A DNA stretch of 64,000 nucleotides, taken from IMG/VR virus record IMGVR_UViG_3300029305_005484, one strand, 5' to 3'. The notes beneath the pieces were generated by a model. The model was not told where the DNA came from, ran no database searches, and saw nothing but the letters and a program-made list of their open reading frames with translations. Numbering within the stretch: the first letter of the stretch is position 1; each line of letters opens with the position of its first letter. Positions 1 to 10,380 of this stretch are shown piece by piece. The translations under genes and the position numbers were made by a program. This DNA is from a virus (lineage: Duplodnaviria > Caudoviricetes).

Positions 1-2
1 AA

Positions 3-200
3 GATGTTCAAGCATTATCTAATATTTCTAGAATTGTTATGGTATTTACAAGTGCAGTCTTAACAGGTTATAGAAATAGAGCACATCACTATATGTTTGC
101 TCTTCGTAAACTTGTACCTAGAACTAAACAAGTTAAAGAAACTACACCTGAAGAACCAACTACACCAGTAGAGGGTGAGGGTGAAGTTAAAGGTCAATAA
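3..200 (+). CDS. 3' end of a CDS running in from the window edge (hypothetical)
   Basis: Open frame DVQALSNISRIV...EGEGEVKGQ* ending at TAA 198-200, followed by a hairpin terminator. Confidence 0.75.
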   Translation, partial: DVQALSNISRIVMVFTSAVLTGYRNRAHHYMFALRKLVPRTKQVKETTPEEPTTPVEGEGEVKGQ

Positions 201-220
201 TACCTATAATAACGTAAAAA

Positions 221-262
221 TAAAATATCCATAGTATCAAAATGATACTATGGATATTTATT
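221..262. terminator. Bidirectional intrinsic terminator
   Basis: AAATATCCATAGTATCA / TGATACTATGGATATTT stem between convergent genes. Confidence 0.85.
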
Positions 263-932
263 ATTCTGCTTTATCTTCTTGAATAAGATTAACAGTTTTT
301 GAGTCGTCAAGTTCAAATCTCTGTTCAAAATATTCTTCCATAATTCTGATAATAATATCGGAATCTAATCCGAGTTTTTCACATAACTCATTAAAGAGTT
401 TTGTTAAGTTATCAGAAAGAGCTTTTTGTCCACGTCTGATAGTACTTACTGATACTCCGAATTTCTCAGCAATTTCAGAAATGGAAATATTGCACAATAA
501 TGTGCAAGCTTCGATATCGAGTTTAATTGTTAATGCACGTTTAGAACGAGCTTCAATTTCATCGATAATCTTTTTGATAGATGCTGTCAAAACATGCTCA
601 ACAACTTCTTCAATAACGGATGGTTCTTCTTCCTCTACAGCATCAGTCTGATCTTCTTCAGATTCTTCTTCTGTAGCGTCAGTTTTATCTTCTTCAGGAA
701 GTGTTTCAATTTCACTAATTGATTCTTCATTTTCATTATTATCGTTTTCTTCTGTTCCCTCACATGGTTCAGATTCTTCAACGACATTATCTTTTTCATC
801 AGCCACTTCTTCCTCTGTAGCTGGAGTTTCAACAGTTTCTGGTTCTTTTACAACAGGTTCTTCTTTGACTTCTGTTGCACCAATACCAAAAATTGCTTTA
901 AAAAAATTGATAATCGCTTGTAAAATTTTCAT
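261..932 (-). CDS. Acidic protein with N-terminal amphipathic helix and C-terminal HTH
   Basis: MKILQAIINFFKAIFGIG N-terminus, Glu-rich linker, HTH-like SISEIAEKFGVSVSTIRRG; RBS AAAGGA. Confidence 0.65.
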   Translation of the reverse strand: MKILQAIINFFKAIFGIGATEVKEEPVVKEPETVETPATEEEVADEKDNVVEESEPCEGTEENDNNENEESISEIETLPEEDKTDATEEESEEDQTDAVEEEEPSVIEEVVEHVLTASIKKIIDEIEARSKRALTIKLDIEACTLLCNISISEIAEKFGVSVSTIRRGQKALSDNLTKLFNELCEKLGLDSDIIIRIMEEYFEQRFELDDSKTVNLIQEDKAE

Positions 933-1008
933 GTGTGTTATTTCCTTTCTCTAATACAAAACACCATGATTTAAACTTGACTTATCATGGTGTTCTGTAT
1001 TAAATAAA

Positions 1009-1740
1009 TTATTGTTCGAAATCGATAATATCTATTATGTGAGAAAGTAATCTGTAACAAGTGTGTGTTGGTACATGTGCAATTGAAGAGAATAATGAAT
1101 TTAGTGTATGCTTAAATGTAATTTGTCCATTTTGATTATCTCTTGCATCTTTTTCGGAAGTTCTTGTCCATGAAGGAGCAATTGTAGATATATCTGAAGT
1201 TATAGTATCTTTATAAAACTCATAAAGATCTTTAGAAATATCTAATAATCTTTTTACCGCTAAATCATACTCTTCAATTTCATTTTCAGTTCTTGGTATT
1301 AAATCTGCAAGTAATTCATGAGAAACTGCAAATTTAACATCCTTTTTAATGATATCAATTTTATCAGACCCTAAATATTTTGTATATTTTGAATACCAAA
1401 ATAGATATGGTGCTGAAGGAACCATTGTTTCAAATTCTTTCTGTAAATGATAATCTCTAATCATGCCAATAGATATTTTATCTTTTCTTAATTTCCTTTC
1501 TGATATCATTGTATGGATGATTATTTCTATAAATTCTTGAAAACCATGTATATCAACAATTAGTACTTCCATAATCTTATCAAAGACTTCTTCACCAAAA
1601 GCCTCTATAAGTTTATCAGTATTATCAAGAATCCAATTATTGAAAGACACTTGTTGATAAGTTCTCGTACTTGTACTAATATGTGGTACACGTATCGAAA
1701 GTTTAATCTCATCTAATTTTTGCTTAGTGACTTCATTCAT
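1009..1740 (-). CDS. Hypothetical protein
   Basis: 243-aa ORF, GAGGTG RBS. Confidence 0.8.
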   Translation of the reverse strand: MNEVTKQKLDEIKLSIRVPHISTSTRTYQQVSFNNWILDNTDKLIEAFGEEVFDKIMEVLIVDIHGFQEFIEIIIHTMISERKLRKDKISIGMIRDYHLQKEFETMVPSAPYLFWYSKYTKYLGSDKIDIIKKDVKFAVSHELLADLIPRTENEIEEYDLAVKRLLDISKDLYEFYKDTITSDISTIAPSWTRTSEKDARDNQNGQITFKHTLNSLFSSIAHVPTHTCYRLLSHIIDIIDFEQ

Positions 1741-1752
1741 TATACCACCTCA

Positions 1753-2985
1753 TTATTTACGTTTATCTTTAATAACACCACTATTTTTAATAGCAGCTAC
1801 TATTGTAGATAAATCTTTTAGAATGGTATCTTTTCCATCATCGGATATCATACAACGGTGCTTTATATACCAAAGAAGTGTAACAGTGAGTGATTTTGTT
1901 TGTGTTTCTACGTTTACAGAATCTAATGACAATGCAGTTTCAATTACTTTAGCAGATGTAATTAATGCAAATAAATACCTGTTAATATATGGACATCCAG
2001 GTTCATTTGATATTTTTCCATCAATAATATCAGCTGGTGTTATTTTACCATCTTCGAGTTCACTAGCCAATAACATTATCAACTCACGTTCGCGATCGAT
2101 AAAACTCTTTTCAACTTGTTCTTCTTCATTCATAGATTTGAAAATAGGTTCAACAAGATTCATCAAAGATATATTTGTTTCACCAGTTGAAATTGTTTCT
2201 TTGATTACTTTGATTTCATAGTCAATTATAAGTCCATAAAAATTAGTATTACCATATAATTGATCAGACATAAAATCATCAAGTTTATAACAAGATAAAA
2301 CTTTAATTGCAGCCCGCATAAAAGTATTTTCTGCAAAGGTTTTTGAAAGTGTTTCATGTTCATAGTATTTCTTTTTAAGAAGTGCTAAGAACTCAATCAA
2401 TTTACTTTGGCGTTTTGTATAGATGTTTGATGTCATCGTTGTGAGTTCTTTTGTGAGGTTGTAATTATTAACAATTAAGTCATATGCAATACATAAATCA
2501 TCTTTTATTGTATATGATGAAGATGTTTCTTTGAAATGATTTATATATGTTGATAAAATAATATCCCTAAGCAATACAGAATTGAAGTTGCAATCAGATT
2601 CAAACCTTGCTTTTCCAAGAGATTCTTTAAGTTCACTTATTTGTTTATCCCTTTCTTCTAATACCTTCTCTAATGGCATAATTTCTTCAGATATTTCTTT
2701 ATCAGAAATATCTTTTGTTTCGTCTTTAACTTCCTGAGTTTGTAATTGTAATTGAGATGCCTTATAGAGATCCCTATATTCATCTCTGCTTTTTGAAATC
2801 TTTTTTGCTTCAGCATTTAGTTGTTTGATTTTCTTAGTGAGTTTTTCAACTCTCTCATCAACAGTTTCAAGAAATGAATCACACTTTTTAAGGTGTTTTA
2901 TCTCTTTTGAACTTTTTGTACTTGACCAATAGTCAATACTTCTTTTATCTCCTAAAATGCTATTAATTTTCTTTGTAATATTCAT
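1753..2985 (-). CDS. Hypothetical coiled-coil protein (start revised to MNITKK)
   Basis: GAAAGGA RBS before ATG at 2985; the ORF-track extension crosses a hairpin at 3013-3042. Confidence 0.75.
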   Translation of the reverse strand: MNITKKINSILGDKRSIDYWSSTKSSKEIKHLKKCDSFLETVDERVEKLTKKIKQLNAEAKKISKSRDEYRDLYKASQLQLQTQEVKDETKDISDKEISEEIMPLEKVLEERDKQISELKESLGKARFESDCNFNSVLLRDIILSTYINHFKETSSSYTIKDDLCIAYDLIVNNYNLTKELTTMTSNIYTKRQSKLIEFLALLKKKYYEHETLSKTFAENTFMRAAIKVLSCYKLDDFMSDQLYGNTNFYGLIIDYEIKVIKETISTGETNISLMNLVEPIFKSMNEEEQVEKSFIDRERELIMLLASELEDGKITPADIIDGKISNEPGCPYINRYLFALITSAKVIETALSLDSVNVETQTKSLTVTLLWYIKHRCMISDDGKDTILKDLSTIVAAIKNSGVIKDKRK

Positions 2986-3052
2986 GGTATTTTTCCTTTC
3001 ATATAGAAAATTCATAAAGGGTTGAGTTATCAACCCTTTATGTATGTTTTGA

Positions 3053-4444
3053 TTATTCATCATCTGGATCATCTACTTGCATACCTAAACTTGATGCACC
3101 ATTATTACCTTCTTCAGGCGTTTCAAGTTTAAGTTCTTCTTCATTTAATCCTAATGACTCATATGAAGCAACTTCTTTACCAATCATATCATTGGTTTCA
3201 AGGATATTCTTGATAATCATCTGTTCAAGTCTAGCTGGATTAATAGGGAATGATTCATCTTTAAGAATAACATTTGGATCACATCCACGATTCTTAATCA
3301 TTTCGATTGCATCACTTTCTGACAAATCACTCATGTTAACAACGATATCAAAACGACCTGAACGAAGCAATGCTGGATCTAATTTTTCTGGATAGTTTGT
3401 TGTTGCAATAACGATTGAACCACCATCCATTGAATCCATTGCCTTAAGAAGTTGAAGTAATCTTCTTGATGTTTTGAGAGATTTTTCAACTTCACCAGCT
3501 TCCATTTCAGCTCTGTTTACAAGTTGTGAATCGATTTCATCGATAACATATACTGTATTTGGCATATTGAATTTGTTGTCACCATCAACCTTGTCAAATA
3601 CATCAAGGTTCACAGAAACGCAATCCATTTCAAAATGTTGTGGTAATGAGAATGCGAATGCAGTTTTTCCTGTACCAGGAACACCTGCAAGTAGCATACC
3701 TTTTCTGTATGGTACTGCATATTCTGCATAGAGTTTTTCTTTGTTCTTAAACTCACCGATTTCGTTAAGCAAAGATTCTTTTGCTGGGAATGTAAGAAGT
3801 TTCATAGGTCTTACTTTCAAATCTTTCTGTTCATCGCCATTTGATGACATAGCTGTATAACGAATCTTGTTGTTTTCTTGATTTGTTTTAGAAATAGAAG
3901 ATACAAGATCATCAATTTCTTTTCTTACTTTCTTGAACCATTTCGTTTTATTCTTTCCGATAAAGAATAAACTTGTTGAGAAGTGAGAGGTATTTGATAA
4001 AATACCATTAGCACTTCTGTCATCTTTTTGAAGAATAGGTTCTTTAATTACAATCATTCTTGTTCCGTCTTCATCCATTACTAATGAATAAACACCAGGA
4101 GCAATTGTTTTGTTAACAAGTTCTGGGAAACAAGATACTTTCTTTTTAACTCTCTCCACGGATGCTGTACAAAGAGCAAATGATGGATCAACATCCATAA
4201 GAGTACAACCGTATTTCTTTGAAAGGTATTTTGTTTCCAAAACTGAAACACATGATTTTGAAATATATGAATCATAGTGACCTGAGATTGCAAAATGATG
4301 ACAAATATTCTTATCAACATAATCTAACAATGTTGATTTGATAGGTGCAATCACACGAGCCAATGAATCTGATGCTGTGTTGAAAACTTTGTTTGTAATG
4401 TTGTTTGTTACAGAGAATTGTAACATGTCAGTAAAATTTCTCAT
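3053..4444 (-). CDS. AAA+ ATPase (BCS1-like architecture)
   Basis: Walker A GVPGTGKT, Walker B VIDEID, SRH TTNYPEKLDPALLRSGRFD. Confidence 0.9.
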   Translation of the reverse strand: MRNFTDMLQFSVTNNITNKVFNTASDSLARVIAPIKSTLLDYVDKNICHHFAISGHYDSYISKSCVSVLETKYLSKKYGCTLMDVDPSFALCTASVERVKKKVSCFPELVNKTIAPGVYSLVMDEDGTRMIVIKEPILQKDDRSANGILSNTSHFSTSLFFIGKNKTKWFKKVRKEIDDLVSSISKTNQENNKIRYTAMSSNGDEQKDLKVRPMKLLTFPAKESLLNEIGEFKNKEKLYAEYAVPYRKGMLLAGVPGTGKTAFAFSLPQHFEMDCVSVNLDVFDKVDGDNKFNMPNTVYVIDEIDSQLVNRAEMEAGEVEKSLKTSRRLLQLLKAMDSMDGGSIVIATTNYPEKLDPALLRSGRFDIVVNMSDLSESDAIEMIKNRGCDPNVILKDESFPINPARLEQMIIKNILETNDMIGKEVASYESLGLNEEELKLETPEEGNNGASSLGMQVDDPDDE

Positions 4445-4460
4445 TTAAGTTATCTCCCTT

Positions 4461-4970
4461 TTACATAATTTGATTTTTCTTAATGCGTTTTTGCATTCTT
4501 TTTAATTTCTTTTTCTCCCATTCATCGCAATCTTTAGGTTTAATAAAACCTTGCTTTGCTAAATAATTTATGGAAAGTTCCACATTTGCTATAGCCATAG
4601 CAATGTCTTTTTTATTGTGTCTTCCTCTAACCTTTTTACAAATAACCTTTTGAAAATCTGTTAGTGACACTATACAAGACTTAATATTTTCTTTTGTAGT
4701 ATGTGTCTTGTAATTCTTTTTAAAATCTGGTTTCAAATCCTTTTGATATTTACTAATCATTTCATCTGATATATCAAAAGTCTTCTTAATCAGATTTGTC
4801 ATTATTCTTACATCAGCAACCTCCTCACATAAATCATCATAATCATAATTTGATGAAATAATTAAAGAGATTTCAGAAATTAATTCTGAAATCTCCTCTA
4901 CTACTAATAAAACTGCTTGGGATTTGTTTAATTGCTTGGTAACATCTTTGTATATCTTTTTAGTGTTCAT
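4461..4970 (-). CDS. MazG-like NTP pyrophosphohydrolase with a degenerate second repeat
   Basis: VEEISEL...EEVADV acidic motif; second half similar in layout but without the acidic residues. Confidence 0.6.
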   Translation of the reverse strand: MNTKKIYKDVTKQLNKSQAVLLVVEEISELISEISLIISSNYDYDDLCEEVADVRIMTNLIKKTFDISDEMISKYQKDLKPDFKKNYKTHTTKENIKSCIVSLTDFQKVICKKVRGRHNKKDIAMAIANVELSINYLAKQGFIKPKDCDEWEKKKLKRMQKRIKKNQIM

Positions 4971-4978
4971 AAAACCTC

Positions 4979-5917
4979 CTACACTGCTAACACAGCATCA
5001 CTAGAAATTGGTGATGATTCTATTAAATCATCATCAGAATTAATTATACTATTGAGATGGTTATTCATTTCAAGAATTTCAAACCAACCATCCTCTGTTA
5101 TCCAAATAGTGTTACTATCTATATCAGCAACCCATGGAATATTAATATTTCCATCTTTGTCTTTAGAGTATATGTCTTCATTCTTGAATATGTATTTAGA
5201 CACCATGTCTATAAATTTATTTGTTATAGGTTTTACAGCCACTAATACATCACCAAGTTGTTCGAGATATTTATCTCTATCTTTTTTACTCATTTGCATA
5301 ATACTATCATTATATTCTTGAATAATCTTTTTTGTACGATATGATCCAATACCTTTAGGTATAATAGCAGTCATTTCTTCAAATTCATCAATAAATTCAA
5401 ATTTGAATTTTAATTCTTCAAGATCAATATTCGTAATATGAATACTATGCGAATGAGCTTTCAGTGTCTCAGGATCTATACTATCAGGTTCTTTATAAGC
5501 ATATCTATATGGAGAACATGGTAAATCATCATAATCACTACCATTATTATCTTTAATCGTAAGTGAGAATGCTGGACCTGAATCACTAATAGTTGTTGTC
5601 CATGAATCATTATCAATACTATTATAATGATGTCTAACAGACATGTAGGTATTGCTACTAGTAGAAAATGTGATTCTATCTCTACTTCCAGATATTGTAG
5701 GTTGAGCTACTTCTACATTTGATATTAATGTATTTAAAGTATCAAATGAAATATTTATTTCATCACTTCCATACCATGAAACTTGTGTTATAACGTTATC
5801 TTCCCATGGTAATACATCTTTATTAAATTTAGTATGTCTACGTCTACTCGACCCTTCTCTAAAATCCCTATCTTCAGTTAAGTCAATATCATCAGGTAGT
5901 TCTATTTTTGAAATCAT
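4979..5917 (-). CDS. Hypothetical protein
   Basis: 312-aa ORF in operon. Confidence 0.8.
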   Translation of the reverse strand: MISKIELPDDIDLTEDRDFREGSSRRRHTKFNKDVLPWEDNVITQVSWYGSDEINISFDTLNTLISNVEVAQPTISGSRDRITFSTSSNTYMSVRHHYNSIDNDSWTTTISDSGPAFSLTIKDNNGSDYDDLPCSPYRYAYKEPDSIDPETLKAHSHSIHITNIDLEELKFKFEFIDEFEEMTAIIPKGIGSYRTKKIIQEYNDSIMQMSKKDRDKYLEQLGDVLVAVKPITNKFIDMVSKYIFKNEDIYSKDKDGNINIPWVADIDSNTIWITEDGWFEILEMNNHLNSIINSDDDLIESSPISSDAVLAV

Positions 5918-5919
5918 AA

Positions 5920-6765
5920 TTAGATACCTGCGTATGCTTTAAACTCTTCTTTTGTAACTCCATCCTCATCAAACTTAAGTTCTGTAGGTTTGATATTGAG
6001 TTCTGTCATAGTTTTTAACATCTTATCAAATGTTAAATCACAATAATCATCAACCCAATCACCAATATAGAAGAGTCTTTCGTAACAATTTCCCCTCATT
6101 GAACTTTGGTCTTTATCTGCTTTCACAGCACCAAATAAAATAGGGTCTTTTTCTTTCCGTCTCTTTTCAATGTCTTTAGAGACATTTGTTTTTCCTGTTG
6201 CTGCAGCCACTGTCTTTTCAGCTGAATCATCTTCATCTGTATAGTCAGTGAATACAACATAACCCTTATCGAAAAGATCTCTAACGTTAACCCATTTATC
6301 GATAATTTCATCTGGAATTTCTCGTGGGAAGTTTTCAATTTCTGTAAGTTTTACATTGTGATTTGATACATGCTTGATGTATTTTGTAACATCATCAAGT
6401 AACACATATGTTGTAAGACCTTTCTCTGCAAAAAGAAGATCTTTCTTTAACAACTCTGCAGCAATAGTTGCTTTCTTTGCAGCTGCTTTTTGATTTGTAA
6501 TTTCAAATTTCTTGATAAGTGAAAGACACGTATCAAGCATTTGTTGTGTATATGCTGTATCAGTTTCTTTCTTTAAAGATTTAACATAATCAAAATATTG
6601 ACTTACGGTAAAATCTTTAAACTTATCCTCTTCTACAACTTCTTCTGTTGTAGCAACTTCTTTAGTTTCAGGTGTAACTTGTTTTTCTTTTGATGTACTA
6701 CTCTTTTTATTACTTGAACTTTTTCTAGTAGATGATGTAGTACTATCACTTTTTCTTGGTGCCAT
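5920..6765 (-). CDS. Hypothetical phage protein
   Basis: 281 aa, AAGGAGG RBS, KDPILFG...FYIGDWVDDYCDLT. Confidence 0.8.
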   Translation of the reverse strand: MAPRKSDSTTSSTRKSSSNKKSSTSKEKQVTPETKEVATTEEVVEEDKFKDFTVSQYFDYVKSLKKETDTAYTQQMLDTCLSLIKKFEITNQKAAAKKATIAAELLKKDLLFAEKGLTTYVLLDDVTKYIKHVSNHNVKLTEIENFPREIPDEIIDKWVNVRDLFDKGYVVFTDYTDEDDSAEKTVAAATGKTNVSKDIEKRRKEKDPILFGAVKADKDQSSMRGNCYERLFYIGDWVDDYCDLTFDKMLKTMTELNIKPTELKFDEDGVTKEEFKAYAGI

Positions 6766-6838
6766 TTAATATAAACCTCCTTATAATTTATAAATGTGAA
6801 AGAACCTAAATTATATTAATATAAGTTCTTTCACATAA

Positions 6839-6847
6839 ATAATATAT
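6839..6847 (-). promoter_or_regulatory. Early-type promoter motif ATATATTAT (representative copy)
   Basis: Recurs upstream of operon heads at 13501, 17045, 24639, 33621, 45311, 54698, 59392 (-) and 18808, 38813 (+); resembles the TATATTA early motif of phiKZ/AR9-like phages. Confidence 0.75.
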
Positions 6848-6857
6848 TTTTGAAATA

Positions 6858-7166
6858 CTATTCAATTTCATCAATGATTTCTTCAATCCATGTTTGAAGT
6901 TCATCTTTGAAATTATCAAGGTCCCCTTCGATTTGAGGGAATGCATCTACCCCATCTTCATCAGTAAGACTAATAATAGATATTTCACCATTATCATCAA
7001 ACTGCATAACTTTGAGATTGAAAACCTCATTGTTTTCTGAAGTGATATCGATGTCATATAAAGTACCTGCTCTTCCAGTACTTTCTGGTTTTGCTGCATA
7101 TGGAGTATAATCAATTGATTTTATCAAAGTTCTATTCTCCAGTACAATTTCTTCAATATCTAGCAT
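6858..7166 (-). CDS. Hypothetical acidic protein
   Basis: 102 aa, AAGGAGG RBS. Confidence 0.8.
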   Translation of the reverse strand: MLDIEEIVLENRTLIKSIDYTPYAAKPESTGRAGTLYDIDITSENNEVFNLKVMQFDDNGEISIISLTDEDGVDAFPQIEGDLDNFKDELQTWIEEIIDEIE

Positions 7167-7181
7167 TTCTGTTATCCTCCT

Positions 7182-7514
7182 TTACATACTAGCAACCAAA
7201 TCATTTAGTTGTTGAATAAGTGTATTAATACTCTTTTTTAATTCAGCTTGTTTAGATGTGTCTGGTTTTGAATATTGAATTTCGAGAAGCTCAACTCCAA
7301 ACTTCTCAAATTCTTCTTTCACATAACTATGTGAAATCATCTGAATTAAAAATGCATTAGCATTAATACCCATATCTTCTTTAGTTCTAAAGTGCATCCA
7401 AAAATCTGTTTTGTTATCAAGTGGTATCAATAATGGAACATCAATACCATTATTTAAATCAGATTTAACTTTTTCAGCATATTTTTTATCTTTTTCGTCA
7501 AATACTAATTTCAT
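7182..7514 (-). CDS. Hypothetical protein
   Basis: 110 aa, AAGGAG RBS. Confidence 0.8.
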   Translation of the reverse strand: MKLVFDEKDKKYAEKVKSDLNNGIDVPLLIPLDNKTDFWMHFRTKEDMGINANAFLIQMISHSYVKEEFEKFGVELLEIQYSKPDTSKQAELKKSINTLIQQLNDLVASM

Positions 7515-7525
7515 ATTATCTCCTT

Positions 7526-7864
7526 TTATAATTTATTTATATGAGTACAACAAGGACAAATAAATCCATCCCAATGAATATCTAGCATTCTAGTTGAGAC
7601 TAAAAGATTTGTATTACATTTTTCACATGTTTCTTTAGTAAATAAATCACGTGGAACCCCTGATCTAATTATATCAACATCCCCCTCTAGATTATCTAAA
7701 AATCCTTTTAATAATAGTGGTTCTTTATTATCAATAGGATAAACTGTAGATATATTACCAAATTTAGTTGGTATAATAACGGTTCTTTTATTTCTTGATG
7801 ATTTGAATCTTTCCATTATTAATGGATTTTCATATATTTTCTTAGGGACACTCTTCCGATTCAT
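7526..7864 (-). CDS. Zn-ribbon protein
   Basis: CEKC...CPCC at C-terminus. Confidence 0.65.
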   Translation of the reverse strand: MNRKSVPKKIYENPLIMERFKSSRNKRTVIIPTKFGNISTVYPIDNKEPLLLKGFLDNLEGDVDIIRSGVPRDLFTKETCEKCNTNLLVSTRMLDIHWDGFICPCCTHINKL

Positions 7865-9302
7865 CTAAAGTTTGTTGTGGTATATCATCAGGATTTACTT
7901 CATTAATTCCATTAATGAAAATACCATGGCAATTTCTACATTGATAATATTTATTCTTTGCATCTTTCGATATTAATAATATAGTACCACAAACTGGACA
8001 TTCGCACTCTTCCAAATCACCAATTGATATTTCGAAATTATCTAATTCTTCTTCTAAATCATCTGCATTAGCAATAAATGATAAAAAGTAACTATTGTTG
8101 ACAGATGGTTTATGTACATTTTCTTGATTAATAGTAGGTGTTTGTGGAACATCTTGTTTGCATGTAACAGTCATTGGTTCTTTTGAATTACTAGATGCAA
8201 CTGTAGTACTGTGGTTACATCCATATTTAAACGTATCTGGATTACATGGATGTCCAGAACTGTTAGGATCATCTTTATAATCTAAAGGTACAACTTGAAC
8301 TTGATTGTAACTCATTTGTGTAAGGTTATAATCTGGTTCATATGCTTTACAAATTGCATTAAGTTTTATGAAATCTTCTTCAGTTATTCTTGTCAACTCA
8401 TCAAAAACTGGAAGAATTTCTTTCAAATATATATTTTCAAGTCTTTCAACAGTTGCTGCATATTTACAAATATTTTTATTTTTACATGACTTACATTGTA
8501 CTGTAATTAAGATACCCTGGTTACTCATTTTTGGTTCCTCCTTATATTTCTTATTTTCTAATAAAGTGCTTAATATCTCTATTCTTTCATCAAATAGTTT
8601 ACGATATAATTCTACAGCATCATCCATATTATTTCTTGCATTTATACATTTCTTTCCAATATCTTTATCCCAAGGATATTTATTATTGAAGTCGTCTGCT
8701 GGAAATACAATATTAGATTTTAATACTGATAGTGCATATTTTTTCTCATCTTCAACTTTATCAGGATAAAATTCTTTAGCACGAGCAATTCTAACAAAAG
8801 GATCAGTATCTTTGTGTGTTTGTTCCATACATGTTATAAAGAATTTTCCTTTACATTTTAAGTTTAACATGTATTTCACAAAATCACTTTTATCAGATAT
8901 TAAAATATTTTCACCATCAAATTTTTTAAGTCTATCTTTTGCTTTACATTTATCATATTTATCACAACCAAGACATAAAACATATGGAGTATGTATATCA
9001 AATAATTTATATCCTTTATAATCACTATCATATGTTTCATATTCACCAGTTTTTTCTAATGTAAATGCTAAACTAAATTTATTTTGAAAATCAGAATTTT
9101 TTAATTTTATAAAATCAAAAAGATGTTCTGTTTGAGGATTCAAATCATCCACACTATAAAGAGTCATGATTTGCTTATAAAGTTTATAAAACATACCACA
9201 ATGCTCATGATTAGACCCACAATCTAGACAAGTGAGAGCAATTTTACCTGTATAAGTAACAATCCTTTTATTCTTCATTTTCAATCGTCTTTTTGAAAAC
9301 AT
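7842..9302 (-). CDS. Cys-rich multi-metal-binding protein
   Basis: Three CxxCx5C units plus C-terminal CPVC...CRNC ribbon. Confidence 0.7.
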   Translation of the reverse strand: MFSKRRLKMKNKRIVTYTGKIALTCLDCGSNHEHCGMFYKLYKQIMTLYSVDDLNPQTEHLFDFIKLKNSDFQNKFSLAFTLEKTGEYETYDSDYKGYKLFDIHTPYVLCLGCDKYDKCKAKDRLKKFDGENILISDKSDFVKYMLNLKCKGKFFITCMEQTHKDTDPFVRIARAKEFYPDKVEDEKKYALSVLKSNIVFPADDFNNKYPWDKDIGKKCINARNNMDDAVELYRKLFDERIEILSTLLENKKYKEEPKMSNQGILITVQCKSCKNKNICKYAATVERLENIYLKEILPVFDELTRITEEDFIKLNAICKAYEPDYNLTQMSYNQVQVVPLDYKDDPNSSGHPCNPDTFKYGCNHSTTVASSNSKEPMTVTCKQDVPQTPTINQENVHKPSVNNSYFLSFIANADDLEEELDNFEISIGDLEECECPVCGTILLISKDAKNKYYQCRNCHGIFINGINEVNPDDIPQQTLDESEECP

Positions 9303-9317
9303 ATTTGTATCTCCTTT

Positions 9318-9830
9318 TTATTCTTTAGCCATATATTTATTGCACGTTACATAAAAACAACAATGGCAAACAAGTTTATTTACTAGTAGTGATATGAACG
9401 CACAATACCTTTTAAATACCAAAGTTCTATTAAAGTTTTTAAACGTATATTTGTATTGACAACTATTTTGATATCTACAATTTTCACATTTATAACTTTC
9501 TGAATATATAGGTATTTTACAATCAGAGAATACTACTCTACCTCCAGTTATTTTAATAATATCTGCCATTGATTTTATGGAAATAACATGACCACTACCT
9601 TCTCCTGAAAGAAGTAGTGATAATTTAAAAATCTTTTCATTTGAATTATGCGGTACTTTGAGTGCATCAAGAGCATGAAAAGAACATATTTCTCTTTCAG
9701 CTATTAATTCTACTCTTTTAGAGTTATCAATTATAAACTTTCTTGATTTACAATTAGATTTCCTAGTACAATTTCCACAATTCACATTAATATTTCCATG
9801 CCAAACCATAGGCATAGGACAATCTCTCAT
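9318..9830 (-). CDS. Cys-rich protein (CxxCx5C repeat family)
   Basis: CGNCTRKSNC, CENCRYQNSC. Confidence 0.7.
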   Translation of the reverse strand: MRDCPMPMVWHGNINVNCGNCTRKSNCKSRKFIIDNSKRVELIAEREICSFHALDALKVPHNSNEKIFKLSLLLSGEGSGHVISIKSMADIIKITGGRVVFSDCKIPIYSESYKCENCRYQNSCQYKYTFKNFNRTLVFKRYCAFISLLVNKLVCHCCFYVTCNKYMAKE

Positions 9831-9844
9831 TTAAGATTCCTCCT

Positions 9845-10375
9845 TTAATGACCATTAGGTATTATTCTTTCTCTTCTTGAACTAAGAGCTTCTATTATGA
9901 TATTTTCGTGTGTAAAATGAGCACAATGAAGAGATATTCCAAAATTACACCTAATAGGATTTGTCATAATCATAGATATAATCTCATTCAAAGCAAACTG
10001 TCTCTTTCCATAATGATCTATAAAAGTATTTTTATATTTACAGACATCAGCAGATATACAATTTCTGCAACTATCACACCCTAAAAATCTCATAGTGTAT
10101 TTAGTACTTTTAGGTTCATTATCAATTTTAAGTACTTTCAAATCTACTCGTTTAGAATCGTAATTATCACATACAAGATCAATTCCTGTAATATTATCAC
10201 CATCTATAAAACTTATTATAGGTTTCTTTCCATCAATTTGAAGTTCGTTTAAAGAAACTTCAATAGGTAAAGTACATAATGCTTTACCTATTGAACATTC
10301 AAATCGATCAAGGCAATCATGACAATCTCTGCAATTAACAATCACAGAGTTATTATTCTTTTCCATTTTGATCAA
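9845..10375 (-). CDS. Cys-rich protein (CxxCx5C repeat family)
   Basis: CHDCLDRFEC, CRNCISADVC. Confidence 0.7.
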   Translation of the reverse strand: MIKMEKNNNSVIVNCRDCHDCLDRFECSIGKALCTLPIEVSLNELQIDGKKPIISFIDGDNITGIDLVCDNYDSKRVDLKVLKIDNEPKSTKYTMRFLGCDSCRNCISADVCKYKNTFIDHYGKRQFALNEIISMIMTNPIRCNFGISLHCAHFTHENIIIEALSSRRERIIPNGH

Positions 10376-10380
10376 TCTCC

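Noticed and set aside
1727-2221. Antisense and alternate-frame ORFs of the track (e.g. 1727, 3192, 3474, 4932, 8368, 15450, 27461, 48186, 48479, 55836, 57021)
   Set aside because: Lie within or opposite better-supported genes and lack RBS
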